From an uncultured Chloroflexia bacterium (GTDB taxonomy: Bacteria; Chloroflexota; Limnocylindria; Limnocylindrales; CSP1-4), in the NCBI GenBank assembly GCA_963763775.1, contig CAVXPZ010000003.1:352001-416000 (forward strand): a DNA stretch of 64,000 bases, given 5' to 3'. Below the pieces are notes generated by a model that saw nothing but the letters and a program-made list of their open reading frames with translations, was not told where the DNA came from and made no database searches. Positions 12,694 to 24,494 of this stretch are shown in pieces; within the stretch, counting starts at the first letter, position 1; each line of letters opens with the position of its first letter. The position numbers were made by a program, and so were the translations under genes.

Positions 12694-13230
12694 ATGCGCT
12701 TCCATACCGCCGGGATCGGCCTGCTGATGGTGTCGATCTCCGTCGCGGCCTGCTGGCAGGTAGATCGCTTCACGGGTGCCTACGTCAACAACTACACGGA
12801 GACGCCGATCACCATCGCCGTTGTGAACGATGGGCGTCGTCAGGGGGTGCTCACAGAGCCCATTCCGCCCGGGGCGTCAATCACCATCGGCAGCTACAGC
12901 GACGGGTGTTCCGACGTCTTGCTGGTCGCGCTTGACCCTTCTGGCACTGAGGTTGCCCGCCGCGACAAGATGTGCGCCGGTGACTACTGGGACATCGGGC
13001 CTCGGCCGAGCGGGCCCGTCAGGCGCTCGTCGAGCCCCCGCGCGGCGTCGTCGGCGGCGTCCTCGGACTCGTACGAGTCGGCTTCGAGCTCCTCGGGCCG
13101 GCGGAGGGCGCCCCGGGTCGGGATGAACAGGACCAGCCCGAAGGCCAGGAAGACGCCGATGAACGCGTACAGCTGGTCGACGCCGGACAGGGCGAGCGCG
13201 AGGATCGCCAGGGTCAGGCAGATCCCGTAG
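12694..13230 (+). CDS. Putative small lipoprotein (3' end uncertain, overlaps the wecA-like gene antisense)
   Basis: MRFHTAGIGLLMVSISVAA-C lipobox-like signal, then ~85 aa of plausible beta-rich domain; the remainder reads antisense through the neighbouring gene. Confidence 0.55.
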   Translation: MRFHTAGIGLLMVSISVAACWQVDRFTGAYVNNYTETPITIAVVNDGRRQGVLTEPIPPGASITIGSYSDGCSDVLLVALDPSGTEVARRDKMCAGDYWDIGPRPSGPVRRSSSPRAASSAASSDSYESASSSSGRRRAPRVGMNRTSPKARKTPMNAYSWSTPDRASARIARVRQIP

Positions 13231-14160
13231 ATCACGAACACGGTCTGGCGGTGCGACAGCCCCAGGTCCAGGAGCCGGTGGTGGATGTGGCCGCGGTCCG
13301 GGCTGAACGGCGATCGGCCCTGCGACACCCGCCGAACGATGATCCAGAACGTGTCGATGATCGGCACGCCCAGCACCAGGAGCGCCACCGCGACCTTGGC
13401 CGTCCCCAGGATCGAGAGCAGGGCGAGCGTGTAGCCGACGAACATCACGCCGCTCGTGCCGATGAAGATCGAGGCCGGGTGGAGGTTCCAGCGCAGGAAC
13501 CCCAGCAGCGCGCCGGCGAGGATGAAGCACAGGACCGCGATCAGCGGCTGGTTCACCCCGGTGGTGAGGCTGATCAGCCCCAGCGTCACCGCGGCGATGA
13601 AGGCGATGCCGGACGACAGGCCGTCGAGCCCGTCGATGAAGTTGATGCTGTTGATCATCCCCACGATCCAGAAGACCGTGAAGCCCAGGGCGATCGCGCC
13701 TTCGAAGCGGATGATCCCCGGCCCGAACGGGTTCGCCACGAACCCGATGTTGATGCCGAGCACGACGGCGAAGAGCCCGAGCGCGACCTGGCCGACGAGC
13801 TGCCAGCGGGCGCGCAGGTCGAGGAGGTCGTCGATGCCGCCGATCGCGGCAGCAGCCGCGCCGCCGAGCAGCAGAGCGACGAGCTGACTCTGCCGGAGCG
13901 GGATGAACAGCTCGATCGTCGCCGAGTTGATGAGCAGGAACGCGATGGCGACCACGAGGAACGCCGCCGCGACGGCGATGCCGCCGCGCGCGCGGGATCG
14001 GCGCCGTGTTGACGCGGCGCGCTTCCGGACGGTCGACCAGGTCGAACCGGAGGACCACCCGGCGGACGAGCGGGGTCAGCGCGAGGGCGATGGCGGCGGC
14101 CGCGATGAAGCTCAGGACGATCGGGACCAGCGCGTCGCCGAGACTCGGGATGAAGCTCAT
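12984..14160 (-). CDS. MraY/WecA/TagO-family polyprenyl-phosphate HexNAc-1-P transferase; frameshift near 13990
   Basis: [16 protein letters not shown](GG), [33 protein letters not shown]. Confidence 0.9.
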
Positions 14161-14221
14161 CGCACCACGTGAGGGGTCGTGACGGCGAACGAGGAGGGCG
14201 GATCGATCGAGCGGTCCCGCC

Positions 14222-15551
<1,330 letters not shown>

Positions 15552-15669
15552 GGCTGGCCGACTCCTTCCTGCCGGTGCCGTGGTTGGCCGTGGCCCGGTG
15601 CCCGGGACCCGGAGCCCTCGACCGAGGCCGGCATGCCGGCGGCTATCTTCCCACGAACGCCGACCGCCG

Positions 15670-16917
15670 CTACTTCCAGGGCGTGGGCAGATGCGTCAGC
15701 GGTTCGCGGTCCGGCAGCACGTCGGTCTGCAGCGCAGGGTCCGCCGCCGGCACGTAGCGAGGCTCGAGCCCGAGCTCCTTCAGGACGAGGTTCCTCGCCT
15801 GCGCGATCGCGGTCGCCTTGTAGAACGCGATGGTGCGGCTGAACCCCTGCCGGCCGAAGCCGCAGTCGCTGGACAGGATCAGCTTGTCGGCCGGGATCAC
15901 GTCCATCGCGCGCCGCACCCGCCCGGCCACGACCGGCGCCATGTCGGCCTGGAGTGTCCGGTGGTTCACGACGCCGACGGCGACCTTCTTCTTGAGCCGG
16001 TCCGCGTACGGCTTGAACAGGTCGATCTCGGCGAAGTCGTTCTCGGTCATCTCGACGGTCCACACGTCGCCCTTCAGGCGCTCGAGGTAGATCTCGATCG
16101 AGTTCGCGTACGACTCGCCGGTGTAGACCTTCTGCATGTTCGGGTTGCCCCAGCAGGTGTGGATCCACAGCTCGACGTCGTCGAGACCTTCGACCTCGTG
16201 GTTGAACGCGTCGACGAGGAAGTCGAGCAACTCGGTCTCCTCGGGGTAGAAGCACGCGACGAAGTGGATCGTCGGCTCCTCGATCTGGATCACCTTGGCC
16301 CCGGCCGCCGCGAGCTGGCGGAGCTCGAGGTTCATCGCGCCGGCCATGTCCCAGATCAGCTGCTTCTTGTCCTGGAGGTCGTACTCGGACGTGTGGCTGT
16401 CGAGGAAGATCGAGAGGACCTGGGACGAGCAGGTCCCGAACTTGACGGGCTTGCCCGAGGCCGCGCGGGCCTGGGCGATCCGCCAGAGCTTCGCGTACTC
16501 GAGCGGGTTGCGAGGGTCGGCCTCGACCTTGCCGACGACGCGCGGCCAGCGCCACGTGGTCTCGATCTCGTTCATCAGCGTGCCGGGCGGGAACTCCAGG
16601 AGACGGTCGCGCGAACCCTCGTACTGGAGCTCCTCGTGCTCGAAGCCCTTCCAGCGCTGGAGCGGGTAGTGGTGCCACGAGCGGCCGGCGAAGTCCTCGT
16701 CGAGGTGATAGTCGCCATTCGTGAGGATGTCGAGTCCGGCCCGCTCCTGATCGGCGATCACGGTCGAGTGCGCATCGAGGAACTGCTCACGGAAGTGCAC
16801 GTCGAGCAGGGCCGTGTCGAGCGGCCGACCCCAGAGGCCGCCGTCGTACCAGCGCGGCCGCGGCCACGAGCCGGTGACGGTGGCCGGGAGCATCAGGTCC
16901 TTGGTGGCCGTGAGCAT
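15670..16917 (-). CDS. Cobalamin-independent methionine synthase II family (single-barrel MetE core) protein
   Basis: [26 protein letters not shown], Zn ligands HTCWGN / E / SDCGF; AGGAGG SD. Confidence 0.85.
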   Translation of the reverse strand: MLTATKDLMLPATVTGSWPRPRWYDGGLWGRPLDTALLDVHFREQFLDAHSTVIADQERAGLDILTNGDYHLDEDFAGRSWHHYPLQRWKGFEHEELQYEGSRDRLLEFPPGTLMNEIETTWRWPRVVGKVEADPRNPLEYAKLWRIAQARAASGKPVKFGTCSSQVLSIFLDSHTSEYDLQDKKQLIWDMAGAMNLELRQLAAAGAKVIQIEEPTIHFVACFYPEETELLDFLVDAFNHEVEGLDDVELWIHTCWGNPNMQKVYTGESYANSIEIYLERLKGDVWTVEMTENDFAEIDLFKPYADRLKKKVAVGVVNHRTLQADMAPVVAGRVRRAMDVIPADKLILSSDCGFGRQGFSRTIAFYKATAIAQARNLVLKELGLEPRYVPAADPALQTDVLPDREPLTHLPTPWK

Positions 16918-17005
16918 CGCGCGTGCGCCTCCTGATCGAGATGCGGTGGAGTGTCGATGCTACCGGCGGGCGGCGCTGCTCGCGCACTGACGGCGCGGTC
17001 TCGGG

Positions 17006-17470
17006 TCAGCGGATGGGCGCGGAGTCCGTGCAGACCGGGTCGGGCACGAGCGGGATCGGATCACCCGGCTGTATGTCGTCGTACTGCATGGAGACGCGCC
17101 CCTTCGAGAGGGAGGCACCCCCCGCCGGGACGACGACGTCGCACCAGAAGCTGGTGGCGGCGGTCGCCGGTGTCCCGCGTCGAAGACGGACCCGCACCTG
17201 GTCCTGTCCCCCGTCCAGGACGATGTTCAGGAGATTCGGGTCGTAGTAGTCCACCGCGACGATGAGGTCCGACCCCGATGCCCGGATCCGGTCGGCGACG
17301 CCGGCGGCCGGCCAGAGGGACCGCCGGATCCCGTTCCAGGCGCCGATGACGCACACGACGAGGAGGATCAGCAGCAGGAGCCATCGTCGCCAGGTCATCC
17401 GCCGACGCCCCTCCGGCCGCGGGACGCCCCACGCACCGTGTTCCTGGCCCGGCGTCGGATCGGTCGCCAT
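17006..17470 (-). CDS. Hypothetical membrane-anchored protein
   Basis: Basic stretch plus hydrophobic TM (WLLLLILLVVCVIGAW); CATGAT -10 lies 7 nt before ATG 17470. Confidence 0.55.
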   Translation of the reverse strand: MATDPTPGQEHGAWGVPRPEGRRRMTWRRWLLLLILLVVCVIGAWNGIRRSLWPAAGVADRIRASGSDLIVAVDYYDPNLLNIVLDGGQDQVRVRLRRGTPATAATSFWCDVVVPAGGASLSKGRVSMQYDDIQPGDPIPLVPDPVCTDSAPIR

Positions 17471-17518
17471 GGCGACCATCATGCGCCTGGCAGGTCGCCG
17501 CGGCGTCCGCTGCCTGTC

Positions 17519-18169
17519 CTAGTCGATGTCAGTGGCGAGGCCAGCCGCGGCGAGCGCCTCGGCGAGCCGCGATCGCGGGATGGCTCCCTCACGCACGATC
17601 CTCGGCCGTTCGCCGGACACGTCCACGACCGTCGAGGCCGGGCCGCCGCGAGCCGGGCCGCCGTCAAGGATCAGGTCGATCTCCGCGCCGAGGAGCGCGA
17701 GGATCTCGTCCGCCGTGCGCGGCCTCGGGCTGGCCGGACACGTTGGCCGAGGTGACCGGCATCGGTCCGAGCGCGCGGGCGAGGGCGCGCGGGGCCGGAT
17801 GGTCCGGCACCCGGACGCCGATCGTGGTGGCGCCGCCGGTGAGTGCCTCTGGCAGCGCGATCCCGGCGTCGCTGCGCGAGCACGAGCGTCAGGCCGCCCG
17901 GCCAGAGGGCGGCCGCGAGCGCGCGCGCCGCCGGTGTCAGCACGCCCGAGCTCGCCGGCCTGCTCGACATCGCCGATGAGCAGCGCGATCCCCTTCTCGA
18001 GCGGCCGGTGTTTCACGTGGAACAGTCGCTCGATGCCACCGGGCGTGGCCAGCGAGACGCCGATCCCGTAGACCGTGTCGGTCGGGATCGCCACGACCCC
18101 ACCGGCGCGCAGCGCCTCGATGGCCAGCGCGCGCCCGTCGGCGTCGTCCGGGACGACCCGCGCGGTCAT
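17519..18169 (-). CDS. tsaC: L-threonylcarbamoyladenylate synthase (Sua5/YrdC); internal compensating frameshifts
   Basis: GGVVAIPTDTVYG, KHRPLEK, LWPGGLTLV (other frame), DGGP..STVVD. Confidence 0.9.
   Translation of the reverse strand: MTARVVPDDADGRALAIEALRAGGVVAIPTDTVYGIGVSLATPGGIERLFHVKHRPLEKGIALLIGDVEQAGELGRADTGGARARGRPLAGRPDARARAATPGSRCQRHSPAAPPRSASGCRTIRPRAPSPARSDRCRSPRPTCPASPRPRTADEILALLGAEIDLILDGGPARGGPASTVVDVSGERPRIVREGAIPRSRLAEALAAAGLATDID
18009..18024. promoter_or_regulatory. parS site inside tsaC
   Basis: TGTTTCACGTGGAACA matches the consensus TGTTNCACGTGAAACA on the reverse strand. Confidence 0.75.
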
Positions 18170-19065
18170 GACGCGGCCCGGAGCGCCATCGCTTCCTCGG
18201 CCAGACGCCGTGACAGCGCCAGGGCTCGCGCCGGATCGGCGAGGGCGAGACCTTCGATGAGCTGCGCGACGCCCTCGTCCTCGAGCGGCGGCGCCACGTA
18301 CCGTGCGGCCGCCTTCACGGCGGCCGGTGCGGTCGGCATCGCGGCGCCGTGGCCGACCTCGGCGAGCATCTCCAGGTCGTTCCACTGGTCCCCGACGGCC
18401 AGCGTCGCGCCGAGCTGGACCCGCTGGCGACGGGCCAGGAACCGGACGGCTCGGCCCTTCGACGCGCCAGGGGCGACGAATTCGAGGAACCGAGGGTGGC
18501 TGATCGTCACGTCGGCACGCCCGGTGAACGCGGCGGCCGCGAGCGGCGCCATCTCGCTCGGGTACGGCGGCTCGCCGACGGCGAGCACCTTCGTGATCGG
18601 ATGGTCCGCGGCCTCGAGCAGGCTGGGCACGAACTCCGCGTGGGCGCCCATGAACGCCGAGTAGTCGTCGGCGCCCGGGTCCCCGGCCTGCAGGATGAAC
18701 CGCTCGAGGTGGTTCATGTGCGGCTCGAGCCCGTGATCCATCGACCACAGGACGATGTCGCGCGCCACACCGGCGGGCAGCGGTGTGTGCAGGAGGAGCC
18801 GGCCCAGCCGCGAGGAACCCGGCTCGGGCATCGCCCGGATGAGCGAGCCCTGGTACCCCACGATCGGGGCCGTCAGCCCCAGGTCGGTGGCGAACCGCAT
18901 CGCGCTCGACACCATCCGACCGGTCACGAGCGAGACGGCGATGCCGCGGGCCATGGCGTCGCGGATCGCGGCCTTCGTGCGATCGCCGATGACGAAGTCG
19001 TCGCCGATCAGCGTGCCGTCGATGTCGAGCGTGATCATCCGGATCGGCAGGAGCGGCTCGGTCAT
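18166..19065 (-). CDS. Cof-type HAD-IIB hydrolase
   Basis: LDIDGTL, VTGR, SKG, AVGDQWNDLEML. Confidence 0.93.
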   Translation of the reverse strand: MTEPLLPIRMITLDIDGTLIGDDFVIGDRTKAAIRDAMARGIAVSLVTGRMVSSAMRFATDLGLTAPIVGYQGSLIRAMPEPGSSRLGRLLLHTPLPAGVARDIVLWSMDHGLEPHMNHLERFILQAGDPGADDYSAFMGAHAEFVPSLLEAADHPITKVLAVGEPPYPSEMAPLAAAAFTGRADVTISHPRFLEFVAPGASKGRAVRFLARRQRVQLGATLAVGDQWNDLEMLAEVGHGAAMPTAPAAVKAAARYVAPPLEDEGVAQLIEGLALADPARALALSRRLAEEAMALRAAS

Positions 19066-20024
19066 CCGGGCCGCTCCGCAGGTGGTGTGCCGGAACCCGC
19101 CGGCCCGAAGCCGCCCGCCGCAGAGTCCGGCCCGCGGACGACCCGTGCCACCCGCGGCAGGCCGGCGAGGTCGCGCTCGACCACGCACGACCATCCGGGC
19201 AGGGTCGCCTGGACGAGCGCGACGATCGCGTCGCCCTGATCCGCCCCGATCTCGAGGAGCGCCACGCCACCCTCGGCGAGCCCGTCGGGCAGCCGCTCGA
19301 GCAGCCGGCCGATGACCTCGAGACCGTCCGCGCCTCCATCGAGCGCGAGCACCGGCTCGAACGAGGCCGCGACCGGGAGCTCCGGGACCACGTCGTGGCG
19401 GACGTACGGCAGGTTCGCGAGGACGAGGTCATACGGGTCGACGACGACCGGCGGGAGCAGGTCGGTCTCGAGGAAGCCCAGCCGGTCTGCAGCGGCATGT
19501 CCCACCGCGTTCTCGCGGGCGAGGTCCAATGCCTCGGCCGAGACGTCCGTGGCCAGGACAGTCATCTCGGCCTCGGCCCGGCGTCGCCGGAGGGCCACGA
19601 CCAGCGCGATGGCGATCGCGCCCGAGCCCGTCCCGACGTCGGCGACTCGGATCGGCGGCGAGCCGGCCGGGCGAGCCGCGGCGGCGAGCCGGCCCATGAC
19701 CTCGGCCTCGGCCAGCTCGACGAGCCGTTCCGTCTCGGGTCGTGGGATCAGCGCCCGACGGTCCACGGTGAAGGCCAGGCCGTAGAACTCCTTGATCCCG
19801 CGGATGTAGGCGACGGGCTCGCCGGTGACCCGTCGGGCGATCCCGGCTCGGTACGTCGCCTCGGCGTCGGCGCCCACCGGCGCCTCACTGTGCGCGACGA
19901 CGCCGGTCCGGTCGATCCCGATCGCGTGCCCGAGCAGCAGCTCCGCGTCGAGTCGCGGCGACTCGGAGCCGCTCGCGGTCAGCGCATCGGCGCCCTCGCG
20001 CAGCAGCTCCCCGACCGTGGTCAC
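19062..20024 (-). CDS. prmC: Release factor glutamine methyltransferase
   Basis: SPRLDAELLL, GEPVAYIRG, LIPRPETE, DVGTGSGAI, NLPY; GTGA overlap with the upstream gene. Confidence 0.94.
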   Translation of the reverse strand: MTTVGELLREGADALTASGSESPRLDAELLLGHAIGIDRTGVVAHSEAPVGADAEATYRAGIARRVTGEPVAYIRGIKEFYGLAFTVDRRALIPRPETERLVELAEAEVMGRLAAAARPAGSPPIRVADVGTGSGAIAIALVVALRRRRAEAEMTVLATDVSAEALDLARENAVGHAAADRLGFLETDLLPPVVVDPYDLVLANLPYVRHDVVPELPVAASFEPVLALDGGADGLEVIGRLLERLPDGLAEGGVALLEIGADQGDAIVALVQATLPGWSCVVERDLAGLPRVARVVRGPDSAAGGFGPAGSGTPPAERPG

Positions 20025-22346
20025 AGGCGGATCGTGACGCCGATCTCGCCGACCTTGCGCAGGACCTCCGCGCTCGTGGTCCCGCGCCATCGATGGAACA
20101 GCAGGTCCACCGACGCCTCCCCGATCCGGAGGTTCGTGAGCGTGACCTTCCCGAGCCAGTCCGGCAGGTGCGGGTGCAGGAGTTCGAGTTCGGCGCGGTC
20201 GGCGTGCGGTCGGAGCCCGAGCATCGTGGCGAGGAACAGGAACGGGCTGCCGGCGGCCCACGCCTGCGGCGAGCAGGCCACGGGATATGGCACCGGAAGG
20301 TGGGCATCGTCGCGGTCGAACCCGCAGTACAGCTCGGGGAGGCGGTACTCCGGGAACCGCTGGGCCGCCTCCAGGACCTGGCTCGACCAGGCGGTTGGCC
20401 GCATCGTCGAACCCGTAGCGCTTCATCCCGGCCGCGATCAGCGACGTGTCGTGCGGCCAGACGGTCCCGGTGTGATAGCCGATCGGGTTGTACCCGGCCT
20501 GATCGGCGGCGTAGGTCCGGATGCCCCACCCGGACGACATCGTCGGCCCGAGCAGACGGTCGACCACGTCCTGCGCGCGTTCCGGGGCGACGATCCCGGT
20601 CCACAGGCATTGGCCGGCGTTCGAGCCGACGGCGTCGGCCGGTCGCTTGTCGCGGTCCAGGGCGAGCGCGTAGTAGCGCTGGTCCTCGACCCAGAACGCG
20701 GCCTCGAACCGGTCCTGGAGCAAGGAGGCATCGCGATCGAGGCGGTCGGCGAGCTCGCCCTCGCCGCGGATCCTGGCCAGCCCGGCCATGCGCCGCTTGG
20801 CGGCGAACACGTAGCCCTGGACCTCCGCGAGGGCGATCGGCGGGACGGCCTGGTTGCCGTCCCGGTCGCGGATCGCGTCGCTCGAGTCCTTCCAGCCCTG
20901 GTTGAGGAGGCCTCCGTCGGTCCGCCGCTCGTACTCGACGAACCCGTCGCCGTCGCGGTCGCCGTACCGGTCGATCCAGTCGAGCGCGGCCAGCGCGTTG
21001 GGCCACAGGCGGTCGACGAGGGCGCGATCGCCGGTCCAGTCGTAGGTCTCGCCGAGCAGGATCAGCCACAGGGGCGTCGAATCCACCGAGCCGTAGTACG
21101 GGGTGTGCGGCAACTCCCCGCTCCCGGCCATCTCGCCGGTCCGAAGCTCGTGCAGGATCTTGCCCGGCTCCGCGTCCCGATCGGGGTCCATGGCCGTGGC
21201 CTGGTGCGCGGCCAGCACGGTCAGGGCCTCGACGGCGATCTGCGGGCGGAACGCGACGGATTGGAGCGCGGTGATGAGCGAGTCGCGGCCGAACAGCGTC
21301 GTGAACCATGGCACGCCCGCGGCGACGTACCGCTCACCGGCGTCGGGGCCCTCGTTCACGAGGAGCCGGAGGTCCGCCACGGACCGCTCGACGACGAGGT
21401 TGAACAGCTCGTGGTCGCTCGAGATCGTGGTCGTGCCGCGCTCCCAGGCGTGGTAGGCCGCGGCGCCCTCGTCCGCCGAGACGCGCGGAGCCTCGGGAAA
21501 GAGGTCGGCCGTGTCCACGTTGCCCGCCCCCCCGGCGGTCGCGGTCCGCGCGGTCCCGGTCGTTCCGGCGGCGTCCGCTCCATCCTCGGGGATCGCCCCG
21601 ATCGTCTCCCAGACGACCCAGCGCAGCTCCCCGGCCTCGCCCGGCCCGAGCGTGAACGACCACCGGAACCGGACGGTCGCCCCACTGTCGATCGGGTCGG
21701 CCGCTTCGACCTCGGCCGCGACCGGCTCGACGGCCACGGCCTCCTCGGAGAACGCGAGGTGCGTGGCCCGACGGCGCCCGTCCAGGCCGTCGTACCGGAA
21801 CGTCAGGCGGTCCGTCGTCGCGGCGACCGGAAGCAGCGTGCCGCGACTCCGCCTCGGGTACCCGCGGACCTCGAAGATATCCGCGGCATCGAACCCGAAT
21901 TCGAGATCGACCGCGATGGTCTCGACCCGCGAGGCGTGGTTGACGATCTTGACCCGCTCCTCGAGCGCATCCGCCGAGATGAGCCGGTCGCGGGAGATCC
22001 CGATCGTGCGTCCGACGAGCGCGTCGGCCGGGTGGACCTTCGCGTCGGGGTTGCGATCGGCGGTCGGGTTCGTGAGCTGGATGCTCCCCCGGTAGTTGCC
22101 GCCCGCCGATCCCTGCAGCAGCACCGGGCGGTCGCCGCCGACGCGCAGGACGGAGCACGACAGGGTCCGGGTGTCCCCGGCGTACAACCCGAGGCCCCGC
22201 GAGTCGGGGTGGATGTCCCCGAACGGGTCGGTCAGGAGGAAGACGTTGCCGTGCTTGAGGACCTGGACGGAGCCGAGGTCCGTCGCCCGGACGATCGGCC
22301 GATCGCGGGCCTCGATGAACCGGACGTCGAGCGTCTCAGGCGGCAT
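20021..22346 (-). CDS. Amylo-alpha-1,6-glucosidase / glycogen-debranching family protein with N-terminal domain; frameshift near 20385
   Basis: AGVPWFTTLFGRDS, EPGKILHE, YYGSVDSTPL, NQGWKDS, YHTGTVWPHD; C-terminus RLPELYCGF..YPVACSPQAWAA in the next frame. Confidence 0.9.
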
Positions 22347-23436
22347 CGTCGGCGCCGGTCAGCGCACCCAGGCGGTCGGCCTGATCCGCCATCTGGAGCG
22401 CATCGATGAGGTCGTCGAGGTCCCCGTCGAGGACGCCCGGCAGGTTGTGCACGGTCTTGCCGATCCGGTGGTCCGTGACGCGGTCCTGCGGGTAGTTGTA
22501 CGTGCGGACCTTGTCGCTGCGATCGCCCGATCCGACCATCAGCCGCCGTGCCGCGGAGCCGGCCTCTCGCTGCTTCTGCAGCTCCATGTCGTAGAGACGT
22601 GAGCGCAGCACGGACATCGCCTTGGCCTTGTTCTTGTGCTGGCTCTTCTCGTCCTGGATCTCGACGACCAGCCCGGTCGGCAGGTGCGTGATGCGCACGG
22701 CCGAGTCGGTGGTGTTGACGGACTGGCCGCCCGGCCCCGACGAGCGCTTCACGTCGATGCGGAGATCGCGCTCCTCGTCGATCGCGACCTCGACCTCGTC
22801 GGCCTCGGGCATCACCACGACCGTCGCGGTCGAGGTGTGGATCCGGCCCGACGACTCGGTCGCGGGGATCCGCTGGACGCGATGGACGCCGCCCTCGAAC
22901 TTGAGGCGGCTGTACGCACCGTCGCCGTGGATCTGGACGATGGCTTCCTTGATGCCTTCGATGCCGGTCTCGTTGAGGTTCAGGATCTCCGGCGTGAACC
23001 GATGGCGCGCGGCGTAGCGCAGGTACATGCGATGGAGTTCCGCGGCGAACAGGGCGGCCTCCTCCCCGCCGGCGCCGGCCCGGATCTCCAGGATCACGTC
23101 GCGGTCGTCGTTGGGGTCGCGCGGCAGCAGCAGGACCTTGAGGTCCTCGAGGAGCGCGGTTTCCCTCGCCTCGAGCGCGGTGATCTCGTCGCGGACCATC
23201 GCCTTCATCTCGTCGTCGGCGTCACCCGCGTCGCGCAGCTCGCGGGCCCCGGCGAGTTCGGCCCGCGTGGCCTCGAGCGCGCGGTAGGCCTCCACCACCG
23301 GCTCGAGACGCGACAACTCGCGACCCAATCGGCGGATCTCCGACGGGTCGGCGGATACCTCGGGGCGGGCCAGGTCGGCCTGGACGTCGTCGTACTGCCG
23401 GGCGACCTCCGCGAGCTTGCCGTCGAGGTCGCTCAT
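22336..23436 (-). CDS. prfA: Peptide chain release factor 1
   Basis: [14 protein letters not shown] specificity tripeptide (RIPATES), GGQ. Confidence 0.97.
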   Translation of the reverse strand: MSDLDGKLAEVARQYDDVQADLARPEVSADPSEIRRLGRELSRLEPVVEAYRALEATRAELAGARELRDAGDADDEMKAMVRDEITALEARETALLEDLKVLLLPRDPNDDRDVILEIRAGAGGEEAALFAAELHRMYLRYAARHRFTPEILNLNETGIEGIKEAIVQIHGDGAYSRLKFEGGVHRVQRIPATESSGRIHTSTATVVVMPEADEVEVAIDEERDLRIDVKRSSGPGGQSVNTTDSAVRITHLPTGLVVEIQDEKSQHKNKAKAMSVLRSRLYDMELQKQREAGSAARRLMVGSGDRSDKVRTYNYPQDRVTDHRIGKTVHNLPGVLDGDLDDLIDALQMADQADRLGALTGADDAA

Positions 23437-24494
23437 GTCCCCGCTGGCGGGTCGGCCGGCGGCAACGAGGCGACCGCCGCGACCGCGGAAGGGCCGACGG
23501 GTGCCGGGTCCCCCGTCGCGGTCGCCGCGGCGACATCCGGCGTGGTCGCGTCCGGATCCGTGTCGACGTCGGCGAGACCGAGGCGCATCGGGTCGCGCTC
23601 GAACGGCGTCGAGCCGTCCGGGACGGCCTCGCCGTCGGCCTCGAGCGCCTGCTCCATCGAGACGATCGCGACCTCGATCATGTCGTCGGTCGGCTGCTTC
23701 GTCGTGATCATCTGGACGAGGAGGCCCGGGTAGAACAGCGCCTTGATGATCGGGTTGGAGCGGTGGCGGGCGCCGAACTTGAGGATCTCGTAGCCGACCG
23801 CGGCGATCACGGGGATCAGCAGGATGCGACTGGCGATCATCACCAGCGGCGCCTGCCGACCGACCAGCGAGAACGCGAGGATCGACAGGATGATGACGAT
23901 CACGAGGAACTCGGTGCCGCAGCGCTGGTGTGCGGTCGGGTAGCGGCGGACCTTGTCGACGGTCAGCGGGTCGCCCGCCTCGAGGGCGTGGATCGTCATG
24001 TGCTCCGCCCCGTGGTACTGGAAGACGCGGCGGATATCCGGCGACCGGCCGATGACGACGAGGTAGCCGATGAAGATCGCGACGCGGATCAATCCCTCGA
24101 CGAGGTGCTGGGTCCAACCGTTGTCGACCCCGGCGGTGGTGACACTCGCGATGAGCAGGGGCAGCAGGAAGAAGACCCCGATGCCCGCGACGAGCGTCAG
24201 TCCGAGCATCAGCGCGACCGAGCCCTTGCCGAGCTCGATGCCGTCCGCGTTCGCCTGGACGTTCGCGCTGCGCACGAGCCAGCGCGTGCCGACGATCAGG
24301 GTCTCGTACAGGACCACGAGCCCGCGGACGAACGGCCGCTTCGACCAGCCCGAGCCGTGGAACCCGGCATCGAGACGTTCCGTCGCGAACACGATCCGCC
24401 CGTCCGGGTGGCGCAGCGCCACGGCGATGGCGTCGCGGCCGCGCATCAGGACGCCTTCGATGAGGGCCTGACCGCCGTACGTGTAGGTGGGCAT
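23433..24494 (-). CDS. DUF1385 family membrane protein (putative metal-dependent)
   Basis: GGQALIEGVLMRG, YHGAEH, HQRCGT; usual neighbour of prfA/prmC/rpmE. Confidence 0.9.
   Translation of the reverse strand: MPTYTYGGQALIEGVLMRGRDAIAVALRHPDGRIVFATERLDAGFHGSGWSKRPFVRGLVVLYETLIVGTRWLVRSANVQANADGIELGKGSVALMLGLTLVAGIGVFFLLPLLIASVTTAGVDNGWTQHLVEGLIRVAIFIGYLVVIGRSPDIRRVFQYHGAEHMTIHALEAGDPLTVDKVRRYPTAHQRCGTEFLVIVIILSILAFSLVGRQAPLVMIASRILLIPVIAAVGYEILKFGARHRSNPIIKALFYPGLLVQMITTKQPTDDMIEVAIVSMEQALEADGEAVPDGSTPFERDPMRLGLADVDTDPDATTPDVAAATATGDPAPVGPSAVAAVASLPPADPPAGT

Noticed and set aside
19062-22346. 1094-aa apparent glycosidase-PrmC fusion in the ORF track
   Set aside because: The conserved glycosidase C-terminus lies in another frame (20021-20404) and ends in a GTGA overlap with the prmC start; one indel near 20385 creates the fusion
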